This document shows positions 49,301 through 56,341 of a DNA stretch of 64,000 bases, piece by piece. Below the pieces are notes generated by a model. That model did not search any database. It had not been told where the DNA came from and worked only from the letters and a program-made list of their open reading frames with translations. The DNA is from Candidatus Latescibacterota bacterium. GTDB taxonomy: Bacteria; Latescibacterota; UBA2968; UBA8231. How positions within the stretch are numbered: the first letter of the stretch is position 1; each line of letters starts with the position of its first letter. The stretch spans positions 32,001 through 96,000 of the forward strand of contig CBDCSU010000004.1 of the NCBI GenBank assembly GCA_965221775.1, given 5' to 3'. Made by a program: the position numbers and the translations under genes.

Positions 49301-49605
49301 CCGGCCGCTACGTGCAGATCACCCTCGACGACGAGCCGGACCGGCTCACCCTCCTGACCGGCCGCAAGTACTTCAGGGCCGAGGGCATCCGCGGCACGTG
49401 GAACGTGGAGAGTTCGGCGGATCGGCCCATGGAGGCGGGCGCCTGGTACGACGTGGTCTGCCGGATCGACGGCTCCGAGTTCACGGTCTCGGCCGGAGAG
49501 GCGCGGCTGAGCCACCCCTTCGAGGTCGAGTTCCCCGTCTTCCTGTGGCTGGAGGTGCAGCGCACGGGCGGGGCCTTCCGGGGTCTGAGAGTCCAGAAGC
49601 TGTGA
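43282..49605 (+). CDS. 2107-aa multidomain exported protein: 2x[CBM9/DOMON-like + carboxypeptidase-regulatory-like + DUF1565 beta-helix start + ankyrin repeats], central LamG, C-terminal DUF1080-like
   Basis: ITVDGRLDDWP x2, FHVDDDASPGGDGS..PF.TI..AL x2, many ankyrin repeats (TPLH..A, GADVNA), LamG (ITLAAWV, WAHVAATWDG, GLIDDVQIWN), DLFDGETLQGW; start uncertain, signal-like segment near 43555-43620. Confidence 0.85.
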   Translation: MTSTPVPESVASEQSPERVARLLAGAALVASPLELLARHVRRSGGSARLPAPASAPRGQHPASDVRRSAGAVLPPARVAARTAGAILPPARVCRWLSIAALQLALAAAPAGAEPPDEEAIPLSGWRALAVPVSGITVDGRLDDWPAEIPVHPIRSNTNAYGETDISGADLDASLDFSPSFRAGYSLEEQRVYVAVEVRDDSVHARQTGHQDTDALEIYLAARPGAEPVYYVLCPPGGAYGPGRPNPSVLVPALGEMPLDRSGSRGAVGREGGTTIYEWSLELLGDSLEDLVELRPGMTLGFDVAAVDQDSETGTAAWVSWTPPTRKFSGGGRIGGLVLGRGGGDLGAVTLRVQDEAGEALAGAWFELWQDETKVTAALTDARGRSSAAVPEGTYEIRVAGHGFHTQVLERRVARDTPVDLDVVLKDLGTRFHVDDDASPGGDGSEARPFATIAAALAICSPGDTVQLAPGTYHQPLELIPHVTILGAGHDRTRVAGEAHWGLGLRPLITYYGGRGEDMWAVHRPGVTMAGFTLDGGGEYPDRTAEEVSDLLAVVTAIGHRTLGTYATEEDAAVVRELLEARPGLASARIHAPGAWPGGSTLLHRVVSIYDDASDAEHEIARLLIEHGADVNALGGQARGRGETALGYAGFFGDSRLVRLYLAHGGDPNRPGASGLTPLDVTAHEGSHVQGSTTHIPALEALIEAGGRHDPGHLVLLRHISRLESDLDADPALVNATIPLRHARDEQGTPLHEAADGCDAEIAGMLLDRGADVDALDTMGQTPLQRAARRGCGRDLGDGGREFLELLFERGSVDLTAAVVLGDAARVAAILEADPGSVDAADPDGWTPLDVAVDKGRGEIEALLRAAGAPFGQNVEAMLREAPSGHGVRRVMARSDMESDEPGYLHVEPSESLDIRGPITLAAWVYRVDDGGTAIGKWRQLDEAWSYVLHLSSDDGFHLHWEDGTQSNLTDFAIPYHQWAHVAATWDGSRMAVYVNGEQATRMRVPAGKRIASTGNPVWIGSSGYGDRTPGLIDDVQIWNVARTPEQIRESMLHGLGGDEPGLAGWWPMDAPRPLADGSPHGNHGRLQGVARVQADGVPVGEVHAPEQALWLLAPAAPRAAGGHDRPQEPPVGRTAFAVPVSGITVDGRLDDWPADMPVYRPREITGAYGSTDLTGTDLDESADFSPSFRVGYSLQEQRVYVAIEARDDRVHVTHRNVRSTDAGEVYLGGRLNTAPFCYSLVPPGGSYRPAGNPLVSFDDWDEEWPAERVGAEIVFGRAGDVSVYEWSLPALGATPEDVAALAPGQILPFDLVAVDSDRPGDTSAWIAWGRGRPKSRLEHMGRLVLAGSNLGTLEVRALSSDAPVAGAGLELWRDGVLVLADETDGGGLARHWLPPGRYTLAAAPRGYQPYRRQLEIPAGASAQVTAPLQDRGTRFHVDDDASPGGDGSAGHPFGTIQEALNAVSYGDTVQLAPGVYSRPLELISGVTILGAGPDRTRVTGEAHWGLAQRPFIGYYNGLWNVELRDVVMDGFTLEHGESYPARPAREVADGLALAMAVDAADAATVRAVLQRAPGAASDRILSPDADPRGSTFLHRIVSVYADATDAEHEIARLLIEHGADVNALGGQARGRGETALGYAGFFADSRLVELYLAHGADPNRVNPTGGTPVDATAREGSHQRNRPTFIPAFEALVRGGGRYHLGHLVLLGHTERLVADLDEDPGLVDEPVPLRYEPDVRATPLHQAVNTHDEEIARLLLDRGARVEAVDSRGRTPLHLAAGNGSAPVFVELLLERGADLEALDAAGRTPLARAVYNRRQEKVELLMERGARVHLFSAAALGDSGRVRALLAEDPKRIQARDGDGKTALGVALDHGREELIDLLREHGVDDPAAERRILARDALTTAAGLTEAMKAGDADGVRSRLGEGEWLTVPPGGADLFDGETLQGWWPLTGGWRVEEGLLQAPTSRRIQFLLSQWIAPGPFELRAQVQLLERGLNDGKMLGFLDAAGRYVQITLDDEPDRLTLLTGRKYFRAEGIRGTWNVESSADRPMEAGAWYDVVCRIDGSEFTVSAGEARLSHPFEVEFPVFLWLEVQRTGGAFRGLRVQKL
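43484..43561. repeat. 42-bp tandem repeat (about two units)
   Basis: CGGCGGGGGCAGTCCTGCCGCCGGCGAGGGTT at 43484 and CGGCGGGCGCAATTCTGCCGCCGGCGAGGGTT at 43526. Confidence 0.7.
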
Positions 49606-49634
49606 ATGCGGGCGTGCGGGCCGGAGCAGCGAGT

Positions 49635-49940
49635 CTAGTCCGGACGGCCCTCGGCGGTGTGACGATCGATGTCCATGGAGACATGCAGGATCCGGATGAT
49701 CTGCAGGCAGCCGTCGGCTTCGCGGAAGAGGATGACGTGGCTTTCCTGGAGGTACGAGAAGAGGCCGGGACCGAGCTCGGGCCGCTGGTGCCAGAGTCCG
49801 GCGTTCCTCGTCAGCCAGGCGATCCGGACCAGGATCGCGTCTATGTAGCAATCGGCCTGGGCCTCGTCCCACCGGTCGGCCGAGTATGCCCAGATCGAGA
49901 GCAGGTCGTCCTCCGCCGCGGACGACAGGACATACTTCAC
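49635..49940 (-). CDS. type II toxin, RelE/ParE family (ParE-like)
   Basis: YVLSSAAEDDLLSIW.YS..RW..QAD.Y, RPEL, SHVILFR, IIRILH..MD. Confidence 0.9.
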   Translation of the reverse strand: MKYVLSSAAEDDLLSIWAYSADRWDEAQADCYIDAILVRIAWLTRNAGLWHQRPELGPGLFSYLQESHVILFREADGCLQIIRILHVSMDIDRHTAEGRPD

Positions 49941-50227
49941 GACGACGCTTGGCGCCTGCGGGCCTTCGCCTTGACCTCCCCGGCCAGTTGCCTGAGATCG
50001 GCCTCCTCGTACTCGGAGAAGCCCCCGCTCTCGATGGCGTCAATGCCTCGTTGCACCTCCGCGCGGAGCACTTCGAGCTTCCTTGCCTGGCTCTCGTCGA
50101 ACTCCTCTTTGGATACGAGCACGGCCACGGGACGGCCATGCTTCTCGATCGTCACCGGTTCCATGCGGGCCGTGTCCAGGAGCCGGCCAAAGCGGGCCTT
50201 CGCTTCATGGGCTGAGATCACGTGCAT
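49937..50227 (-). CDS. type II antitoxin, Phd/YefM N-domain with ParD-like C-terminus
   Basis: ISAHEAKARFGRLLD..EPVTIEKHGRPVAVL plus KLEVLRAEVQRGIDAIESG; GTGA overlap with the toxin. Confidence 0.9.
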   Translation of the reverse strand: MHVISAHEAKARFGRLLDTARMEPVTIEKHGRPVAVLVSKEEFDESQARKLEVLRAEVQRGIDAIESGGFSEYEEADLRQLAGEVKAKARRRQASS

Positions 50228-50255
50228 CGCGTACCTTTCGCTCGATATGATCTAA

Positions 50256-50290
50256 TTGGCCAATATAGTCAAATTGGACCATTAGTCCAA
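50256..50290 (-). promoter_or_regulatory. toxin-antitoxin promoter with two tandem palindromic operators
   Basis: minus strand TTGGAC-N17-TATATT; 17-bp imperfect palindromes TTGGCCAATATAGTCAA and TTGGACCATTAGTCCAA. Confidence 0.7.
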
Positions 50291-50309
50291 GAGAGCGAGA
50301 GAGGAGACC

Positions 50310-51443
50310 ATGAACATCCTTGCGGCCAACGCCGGAAGCACCACCTATGAATATGCCGCCCTGGCCGCTGCAGCCCTCGTGCTGCACGGCCCCTTGGCCG
50401 GCACCACCACGGAGGCAGTCATGGCATCGGAATCGACGAGGGCGGACTCCGCGGCAGGATCAGGCCGCGTGCAGCTCGACCTGCAGACCCGGACCACGGG
50501 CAGCTTCGCCGGCTGCCTCGAGCCGGCCCTGAGCGCCGCCGGCGTCGACTGGTCGCTGGAGCACCTGCGCGGCTATCTCGGCCCCGCCTTCGCCTTGAGC
50601 ATGAAGCCCGACGGCGGGCACCTGAACCAGGCCGACAACTACGAGTGGCACTACTTCTACGACATGCTCGACTTCCTCGAGCACGAAAGCATCAGCGTCG
50701 CCCTCAAGGGGGTCCTGGCGGTCCCGCCGGAGGAGCACGACGCGGCCAAGGCCCGCGGCTGGGAGATGGTCCGCCGCGCCCTCGACGACGGTTACCCCGC
50801 CATCGTCTGGCAGGCCATGACCGTGGAGACCAGGCAATCCGGCCGACGCCCCATCCCCTTCCTGTGGAGCCTGATCACCGGCTACGACGAGGAGGCCGGG
50901 ACCTACAGCGCGCACCATGGCGCCGCCGGGGACTTCACCATCGGCTGGGACGCCTTCGGCCACTCCGATCCGGTGAACTGGTTCTGCGTCATGGTCTTCC
51001 GGCCGCTGACGGAACCCTTCGACGGCGCCGCCGCCAGCCGCAAGGCTGTCGAGCACGCCCTCGCGGCCTCCCGGGGGGAGCATCCCGGCGGTCCGGGTCC
51101 GGCCCACGGACTGGCGGCGTGGGAGATGTGGCTCCAGGCCTTCCGGGAGGGCACCGTCGACGTCCACGCCGTCGGGGGGCACGCCGGCTTCCTGGTGCCG
51201 GCGCGCCGGGCCGCGGCCGTCTACCTCCGCGACGTCGAGCCCCACTTCCCGGAGGCCGCCCGGGCGGCCCTGGGGACGGCGGCCGACAGCTACGACCGCG
51301 TGGCGGCGCGGATCTCGGAGCTGCGCGCCCTGTGCGCGACGGATGGTCCGGACCTACAGCGGGCGGCCGACGTCCTCGCTTCCGCCCTCGAAGCGGAGCG
51401 CGCCGCCCTGGCGGCGCTGCAGCAGGCCCTGGAGGCCCCCTGA
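50310..51443 (+). CDS. hypothetical protein, BtrH/C39-like fold suspected
   Basis: FAGCL..AL, GYPAIVW, WSLITGYD, helical C-terminus; alternative start 50421. Confidence 0.65.
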   Translation: MNILAANAGSTTYEYAALAAAALVLHGPLAGTTTEAVMASESTRADSAAGSGRVQLDLQTRTTGSFAGCLEPALSAAGVDWSLEHLRGYLGPAFALSMKPDGGHLNQADNYEWHYFYDMLDFLEHESISVALKGVLAVPPEEHDAAKARGWEMVRRALDDGYPAIVWQAMTVETRQSGRRPIPFLWSLITGYDEEAGTYSAHHGAAGDFTIGWDAFGHSDPVNWFCVMVFRPLTEPFDGAAASRKAVEHALAASRGEHPGGPGPAHGLAAWEMWLQAFREGTVDVHAVGGHAGFLVPARRAAAVYLRDVEPHFPEAARAALGTAADSYDRVAARISELRALCATDGPDLQRAADVLASALEAERAALAALQQALEAP

Positions 51444-51628
51444 CGAGAATGGTCGCCTCCCTATCTGGTCCGCGTCGGGCAGGCCCGGCCCCCCGGCGAA
51501 GGCGCCACGAAGGAAGCTCCGCATCGAGGCATGGAACGGTGCCTGTTCTCACACACTCTGGCCCGGAAAGGATGGGTATGAGATGGAAGCTCTGTTGTTC
51601 TTCGCCTGCATCCTCTCTCTGAATCACG

Positions 51629-52495
51629 GTGGGTAGGTCCACGGCCCAGACCGCCGATCAGCAGCTCATCGTCTGCGGATGGGATGAGGTCTACATCCTC
51701 GATCTTGCCGATCGCGATGACTCGGGCCCTCGGAAGGTCTGGAGCTGGCGGGCGGCCGGGCGGGACGACCTGCCCGAGGCCTACCATTCACTGTTCAACA
51801 CGACGGACGAATGCAAGCCCTTCGACGAGGGACGGAAGGTCCTGATCACCTCCTCCGGGGGCGCAGTCGCCTATGTCGACCGCGACTCGGACAGGGTTCT
51901 GTTCTACGGGCGGGCGGCCAATGCGCATTCCGCTGATCTGCTGCCGGCAGGCCGAGTCGCGGTAGCGGCATCGCATTCCCAGGATGGGAAGGGAGATCGG
52001 CTCATCATTTTCGACCAGGATCAGCCGGAGGTGGAGCTGTGGAGCGAAGAGCTGCCTTGGGGACACGGGGCTGTCTGGGACGAGGGCCGCCAGGTGCTCT
52101 GGGCCTTGTCGGATGACGATCTCCGTGTCTTCGAGCTCAGGTCGTGGGATACCGATGCCCCCGGGCTTGAGCGCGTGGCAACGGTCCGTCTGCCCGAGCG
52201 CGGCGGGCACGATCTCTATCCGGTCCCGGGGACGCCCTACCTGGCCTTCTCCACGAACCGGCACTGTTGGCTGTTTGATCGGGACACCAGGGAGGTGCTG
52301 CTGCATCCCGACCTGGGGGAGTTGGCGCACGTGAAGAGCATCAGCCAGCATCCGGCCACAGGACAGCGGGTTCACCTGATGGGCGAAGGCGGCCACTGGT
52401 GGTCGGAGAACCTGTACTTCACCAAGCCGGCCGACACGCTCCACGTTCCGGGGGAGCACTTCTACAAGGCGCGCTGGAACATCCGGGTGGAGTGA
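51629..52495 (+). CDS. beta-propeller protein (DUF6528-like); signal peptide appears disrupted
   Basis: TTDECKP, NAHSADLLP, GHGAVWD, GGHDLYP, YKARW. Confidence 0.7.
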   Translation: MGRSTAQTADQQLIVCGWDEVYILDLADRDDSGPRKVWSWRAAGRDDLPEAYHSLFNTTDECKPFDEGRKVLITSSGGAVAYVDRDSDRVLFYGRAANAHSADLLPAGRVAVAASHSQDGKGDRLIIFDQDQPEVELWSEELPWGHGAVWDEGRQVLWALSDDDLRVFELRSWDTDAPGLERVATVRLPERGGHDLYPVPGTPYLAFSTNRHCWLFDRDTREVLLHPDLGELAHVKSISQHPATGQRVHLMGEGGHWWSENLYFTKPADTLHVPGEHFYKARWNIRVE

Positions 52496-52562
52496 TCGGT
52501 ATCTGCCCAGGTACTCGCGTATTCAGCCGGCGGCTGTGGCGCTGGCGGCGGGAGATGAAGGA

Positions 52563-55160
52563 ATGAAGCTGCGGGACTCCATGGAGCTGGGCGGCCGTCA
52601 CCTGCTGGGATGGCTCGACCCGGAGCGGGACCACCTGCCCGTGGGAAGCTGGGCGATCACCCACGACCTTGGCCGCTGGTGGGACGCCATGCTGCGGCTG
52701 GAGGCGGCCACCGGGTTCGTCATCCCCGGCCACCTGGAGGGCGCCAGCCTGCGCAACCTGCACTGGCTCACCGACAATCCGGACGGGCTGCTGTGGGTGC
52801 CGCGCGGGCTCGACTGGCAGAAGATGAAGTTCGAGTTCCACAGCTTCCGCGAGGGCATCCTGGCCTTCGCCGCCCTGGCCCGCTTCCGCAACAGCGCCTG
52901 GGCGAGGCAGGCCGGGCGCCGCTACCTGGAGTCGATCGATCGGGGCCTGCGACCCGACGGCTCGTGGGACGTGAACGCCTTCGCCTACATCGACGAGTAC
53001 CGGCGCGGCGACAACCTGGAGCCCGGCCACACGCCGGAGAACGAGACCCGCTTCCAGCTGACCGTCTCCCACGGGCGCTGCATCGAGGCGCTGATCTGGT
53101 ATCACCGCTGGACGGGGGACCCCCTGGCCATGGACCTGGCCGACCGCCTGGCGGCGTTCCACCTGACGTACTCCACCACCGACGAGGGCACCATCCCCGG
53201 CCCTCTCGCGGCGGCGGACAGCGCCCAGGGGGACCGCCAGTCCTACCTCTACACCTTGTGCGGCCTGCTGCTCCACGGCGTGACCACGGGCCAGGCGGAG
53301 TACGTCGACGCGGTGGTCCGCACCTATGCCGCCGGGGTGCCGCGGATCGTCAACGAGTGCGGCTGGGTGGCCCACGACCTCGGGCGCCTGGTATTCCCCG
53401 ACGAGACGGGGAATCCCCTGGCCAACACCGAGTCCACGGGCGCGGCGGCGCGGCTGGCCCTGTGGATGGGCATCCACCACGACGCCGCCTGCTACGACGA
53501 CGTGGAGCGCCTGGTGCGGGCCCGCCTCTTTCCGGGACAGACCACCGAGGCGGATCTGCGCGGCCTGCCCGAGGAGGCGCGGGACGCAAAGGCGATCGGT
53601 GGGTGGGGGGGCAACGACTACCCCCACGCCGGCAAGGGCTACAACCCCAGCGGCACCGCCGAGATCGTGCACACCCTGAGCGCCATCTACCGGAACGTGG
53701 CCACCCGCGGTCAGAACGGACTGTCCGTCAACCTGCACTTCGACTACGAGGACGCGAGCGTGCGGGTGGTCGTGGAGCGCGGCGAGGACTCCCGGCTCAC
53801 GGTCGTGCCCCGGGCCCGCGGCGACATCCGGGTGCGGCTGCCGGGCTGGGCGACGGCGGGGAGCGTGCGGATCACTGTCGACGGGGAGCCCGTGGCCGTG
53901 CGCCGGGTGGGGGCCTACGCCTGCCTGACGCGGGAGCAGGTCGGCCCGGGCAGCGAGATCGTCCTGAGCCACGACCTGCCGGTGCGGCGGACCCGGGAGA
54001 CGATGCCGGCGGGGGAGACCTACGAGTTCGCCTGGAAGGGCGACGAGATCACCGGTGTCCATCCGAACGAGCAGCCCCTGCCGTTCTATCCCACCCTGGA
54101 CGATCCCGAGGGGGCGGAGGCCGGGGCCTGCGGATCCGGCGAGACACCCGGGATCGAAGCCTGGTTCGAGGCGGTCCGCTCCCGGGACCTCGACCGGGTG
54201 CGTGCGGTCCTCGACGCGGATCCCTCCCTGGTGGACCGGCGCATCGCCGACCTGTCCGCCGATCCCTGGACGGAGGCCGCTCCCGGGGATCGCAAGAGCA
54301 ACACGGCCCTCCACTGGGCCGCGGTGCGCGGCTGGCAGGAGGCATCCCTCGCAGGCCTGGCGCAAACCCTCATCGACTACGGCGCCGACGTCGACGCCAT
54401 GGGCTACAACGGCAACAAGGGCGTGGCGCCGGCCGTGGTCCTGGCCGCCTGGGAGGGCGACCTCGAGGTCCTGCGCGTGCTCCTGGAGAACGGCGCCGAT
54501 CCCAACCGCCCGGCCTCGGCCGAGTCGGCCCTCTACACCGCCATCGAGCACACGGAGCCGGATGCGCCCGAGCCCAACAAGGTGAGCCTGCTGCTGGAGC
54601 ACGGCGCCGAGCACGACATCTTCACGGCGGCCATGACCGGCCGGACCGCCCTCGTGGAGTCGCTGCTGGACGAGTACGATCCCCTCATCGACCGCCGCAG
54701 CCTCAAGCGCAACCGCACGCCCTTGGAGGAGGCCGTCCACTTCGGGCGCTGGGAGACGGCGGAGCGGCTCGTCGAGAGGGGGGCGGCGGTCTCGGTGCAT
54801 GCAGCCGCGGCCCTGGGCCGGACCGATCTCCTGGCAAGCATCCTGGATGAAGACGGGGAGCAGTTGGAAGCGCGGGACGACAGCCGGGAGACGCCCCTGC
54901 TCACGGCCGCCCGCCACGGCCGCGCCGAGGCCGTCGAGCTGCTGCTGCGCAGGGGAGCGGACCCCGACACCGAGAACCGCTGGCAGATCGGTGCCCTGCG
55001 CGAGGCGGTCGGGCGAGGTCACGCGCGGGCGGCGGAGCTGCTCCTGGCGGCCGGCGCCGATCCGGCGAAGGTCGACCGCGCCGGAAAGACCGCCGGCGAG
55101 CTGGCAGATCCAGCGGACCGGGCGCTGATCGAGGTGCTCGACCGGTACGAGGCGCGATGA
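52563..55160 (+). CDS. GH127-like (alpha/alpha)6 + beta-sandwich protein fused to ankyrin repeats
   Basis: HDLGRWWDAML, SVNLHF, IRVRLPGWA then linker and ankyrins (NTALHWAA, RTPLEEAV, ETPLLTAA). Confidence 0.75.
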   Translation: MKLRDSMELGGRHLLGWLDPERDHLPVGSWAITHDLGRWWDAMLRLEAATGFVIPGHLEGASLRNLHWLTDNPDGLLWVPRGLDWQKMKFEFHSFREGILAFAALARFRNSAWARQAGRRYLESIDRGLRPDGSWDVNAFAYIDEYRRGDNLEPGHTPENETRFQLTVSHGRCIEALIWYHRWTGDPLAMDLADRLAAFHLTYSTTDEGTIPGPLAAADSAQGDRQSYLYTLCGLLLHGVTTGQAEYVDAVVRTYAAGVPRIVNECGWVAHDLGRLVFPDETGNPLANTESTGAAARLALWMGIHHDAACYDDVERLVRARLFPGQTTEADLRGLPEEARDAKAIGGWGGNDYPHAGKGYNPSGTAEIVHTLSAIYRNVATRGQNGLSVNLHFDYEDASVRVVVERGEDSRLTVVPRARGDIRVRLPGWATAGSVRITVDGEPVAVRRVGAYACLTREQVGPGSEIVLSHDLPVRRTRETMPAGETYEFAWKGDEITGVHPNEQPLPFYPTLDDPEGAEAGACGSGETPGIEAWFEAVRSRDLDRVRAVLDADPSLVDRRIADLSADPWTEAAPGDRKSNTALHWAAVRGWQEASLAGLAQTLIDYGADVDAMGYNGNKGVAPAVVLAAWEGDLEVLRVLLENGADPNRPASAESALYTAIEHTEPDAPEPNKVSLLLEHGAEHDIFTAAMTGRTALVESLLDEYDPLIDRRSLKRNRTPLEEAVHFGRWETAERLVERGAAVSVHAAAALGRTDLLASILDEDGEQLEARDDSRETPLLTAARHGRAEAVELLLRRGADPDTENRWQIGALREAVGRGHARAAELLLAAGADPAKVDRAGKTAGELADPADRALIEVLDRYEAR

Positions 55161-56260
55161 CACCGGGACAGACGAAGGGGTTCTGGCAGCGGGCCTTCCT
55201 CTCGGAGGAGCAGCGGCCGCTCACGCCCGCCGAGTCGGCGCTGGTCATCGCCGCCACCTACGGCGCGGCGTACTCGGAGGAGAAGAGCTTCAGCAGCTAC
55301 ACGCTGAAAGCCCGTCACCTGTCTCCCGACGTCGGCCGGATGACGGAGCTGATCGAGGCGGAGCCCGGCCTCCTCGAGTCGATCGGCCCGGCGCTCGCCT
55401 GCCTGACCACGACGCTCCCCGGATGCGCGGCGAGCCTGAAGCTCCTGCTGGAGCGCGGCGTGCCCCTGCGCATCGACCCGGGGGAGTACAACGTCCTCCA
55501 CGAGGCCAGGGCCGGGACGGCGCGGGTCGTCTTTGAGGCAGGGGCGGCCGATGCGACCGGGGTGGCGCCCACGGTGCACACGGGCTGGCCGAACAACGTC
55601 TCCCTCCTCTACTGGCCCGCCGTCTTCGGCGGCAGCGAGGACGCGGTGGAGCACGTCGAGGTCCTCCTCGACCACGGCGCCGATCCCGAGGTCAGGATCC
55701 AGGGCAACGGCGAGCGCGGGAACACGGTCCTGCAGGAGGCGGTCTCCCCCTACGGTCCCGGGCAGGAAGGGAAGCGGCGCGTGGCCCGCAAGCTGATCGA
55801 GCGCGGCGCCTTCTACGACCTGCTCTCCGCCTGCGGCCTGGACGACCTGGCCCGGGTGCGGGAGTGCGCTCGCGAGGCCGATGTCGTCGGCTGCCGGGGC
55901 GAGGCGGAGATGACGCCCCTGCACTGGGCGGCCCGGGCGGGTGCCATGGATTGCGCGAGGTGGCTGCTGGACCGGGGCGCCGAGATCGATGCCGTCACCA
56001 AGGCCGGCAACACGCCGCTGCACCTGGCGGCGGAGCGGGGCGCGGCCGAGGCCGTGTGGCTGCTCATCGGCCGCGGCGCCGACATGAGCGCCCAGGACAA
56101 GAAGGGCCGCACGCCCCTGCACCGGGCGACCTACAACGGACACGTCGACGCCGCCGAGGCGCTGATCGTCTGCGGCGCCGACACGACGATCGAGACGAGG
56201 ACGGGCAAGACGCCCCTGCAGCTGGCCCAGCTGGACTGCAAGTACTTGCGGGGCGGCTGA
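55157..56260 (+). CDS. ankyrin repeat protein
   Basis: MTPLHWAA, NTPLHLAA, RTPLHRA, KTPLQLA; ATGA overlap. Confidence 0.9.
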   Translation: MTPGQTKGFWQRAFLSEEQRPLTPAESALVIAATYGAAYSEEKSFSSYTLKARHLSPDVGRMTELIEAEPGLLESIGPALACLTTTLPGCAASLKLLLERGVPLRIDPGEYNVLHEARAGTARVVFEAGAADATGVAPTVHTGWPNNVSLLYWPAVFGGSEDAVEHVEVLLDHGADPEVRIQGNGERGNTVLQEAVSPYGPGQEGKRRVARKLIERGAFYDLLSACGLDDLARVRECAREADVVGCRGEAEMTPLHWAARAGAMDCARWLLDRGAEIDAVTKAGNTPLHLAAERGAAEAVWLLIGRGADMSAQDKKGRTPLHRATYNGHVDAAEALIVCGADTTIETRTGKTPLQLAQLDCKYLRGG

Positions 56261-56341
56261 GGGGATCCCGCCTCCCGGCGGTGGTCTACCCCAGGTGGCA
56301 GCCGTTCGCCGCCCGGACCAGGAGTTGCCCGCGCCAGGGGA

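Noticed and set aside
51620-51622. Selenocysteine read-through of the in-frame TGA
   Set aside because: The codon lies in a signal-peptide region rather than a catalytic motif and no SECIS-like hairpin is evident; frameshift decay or error is simpler
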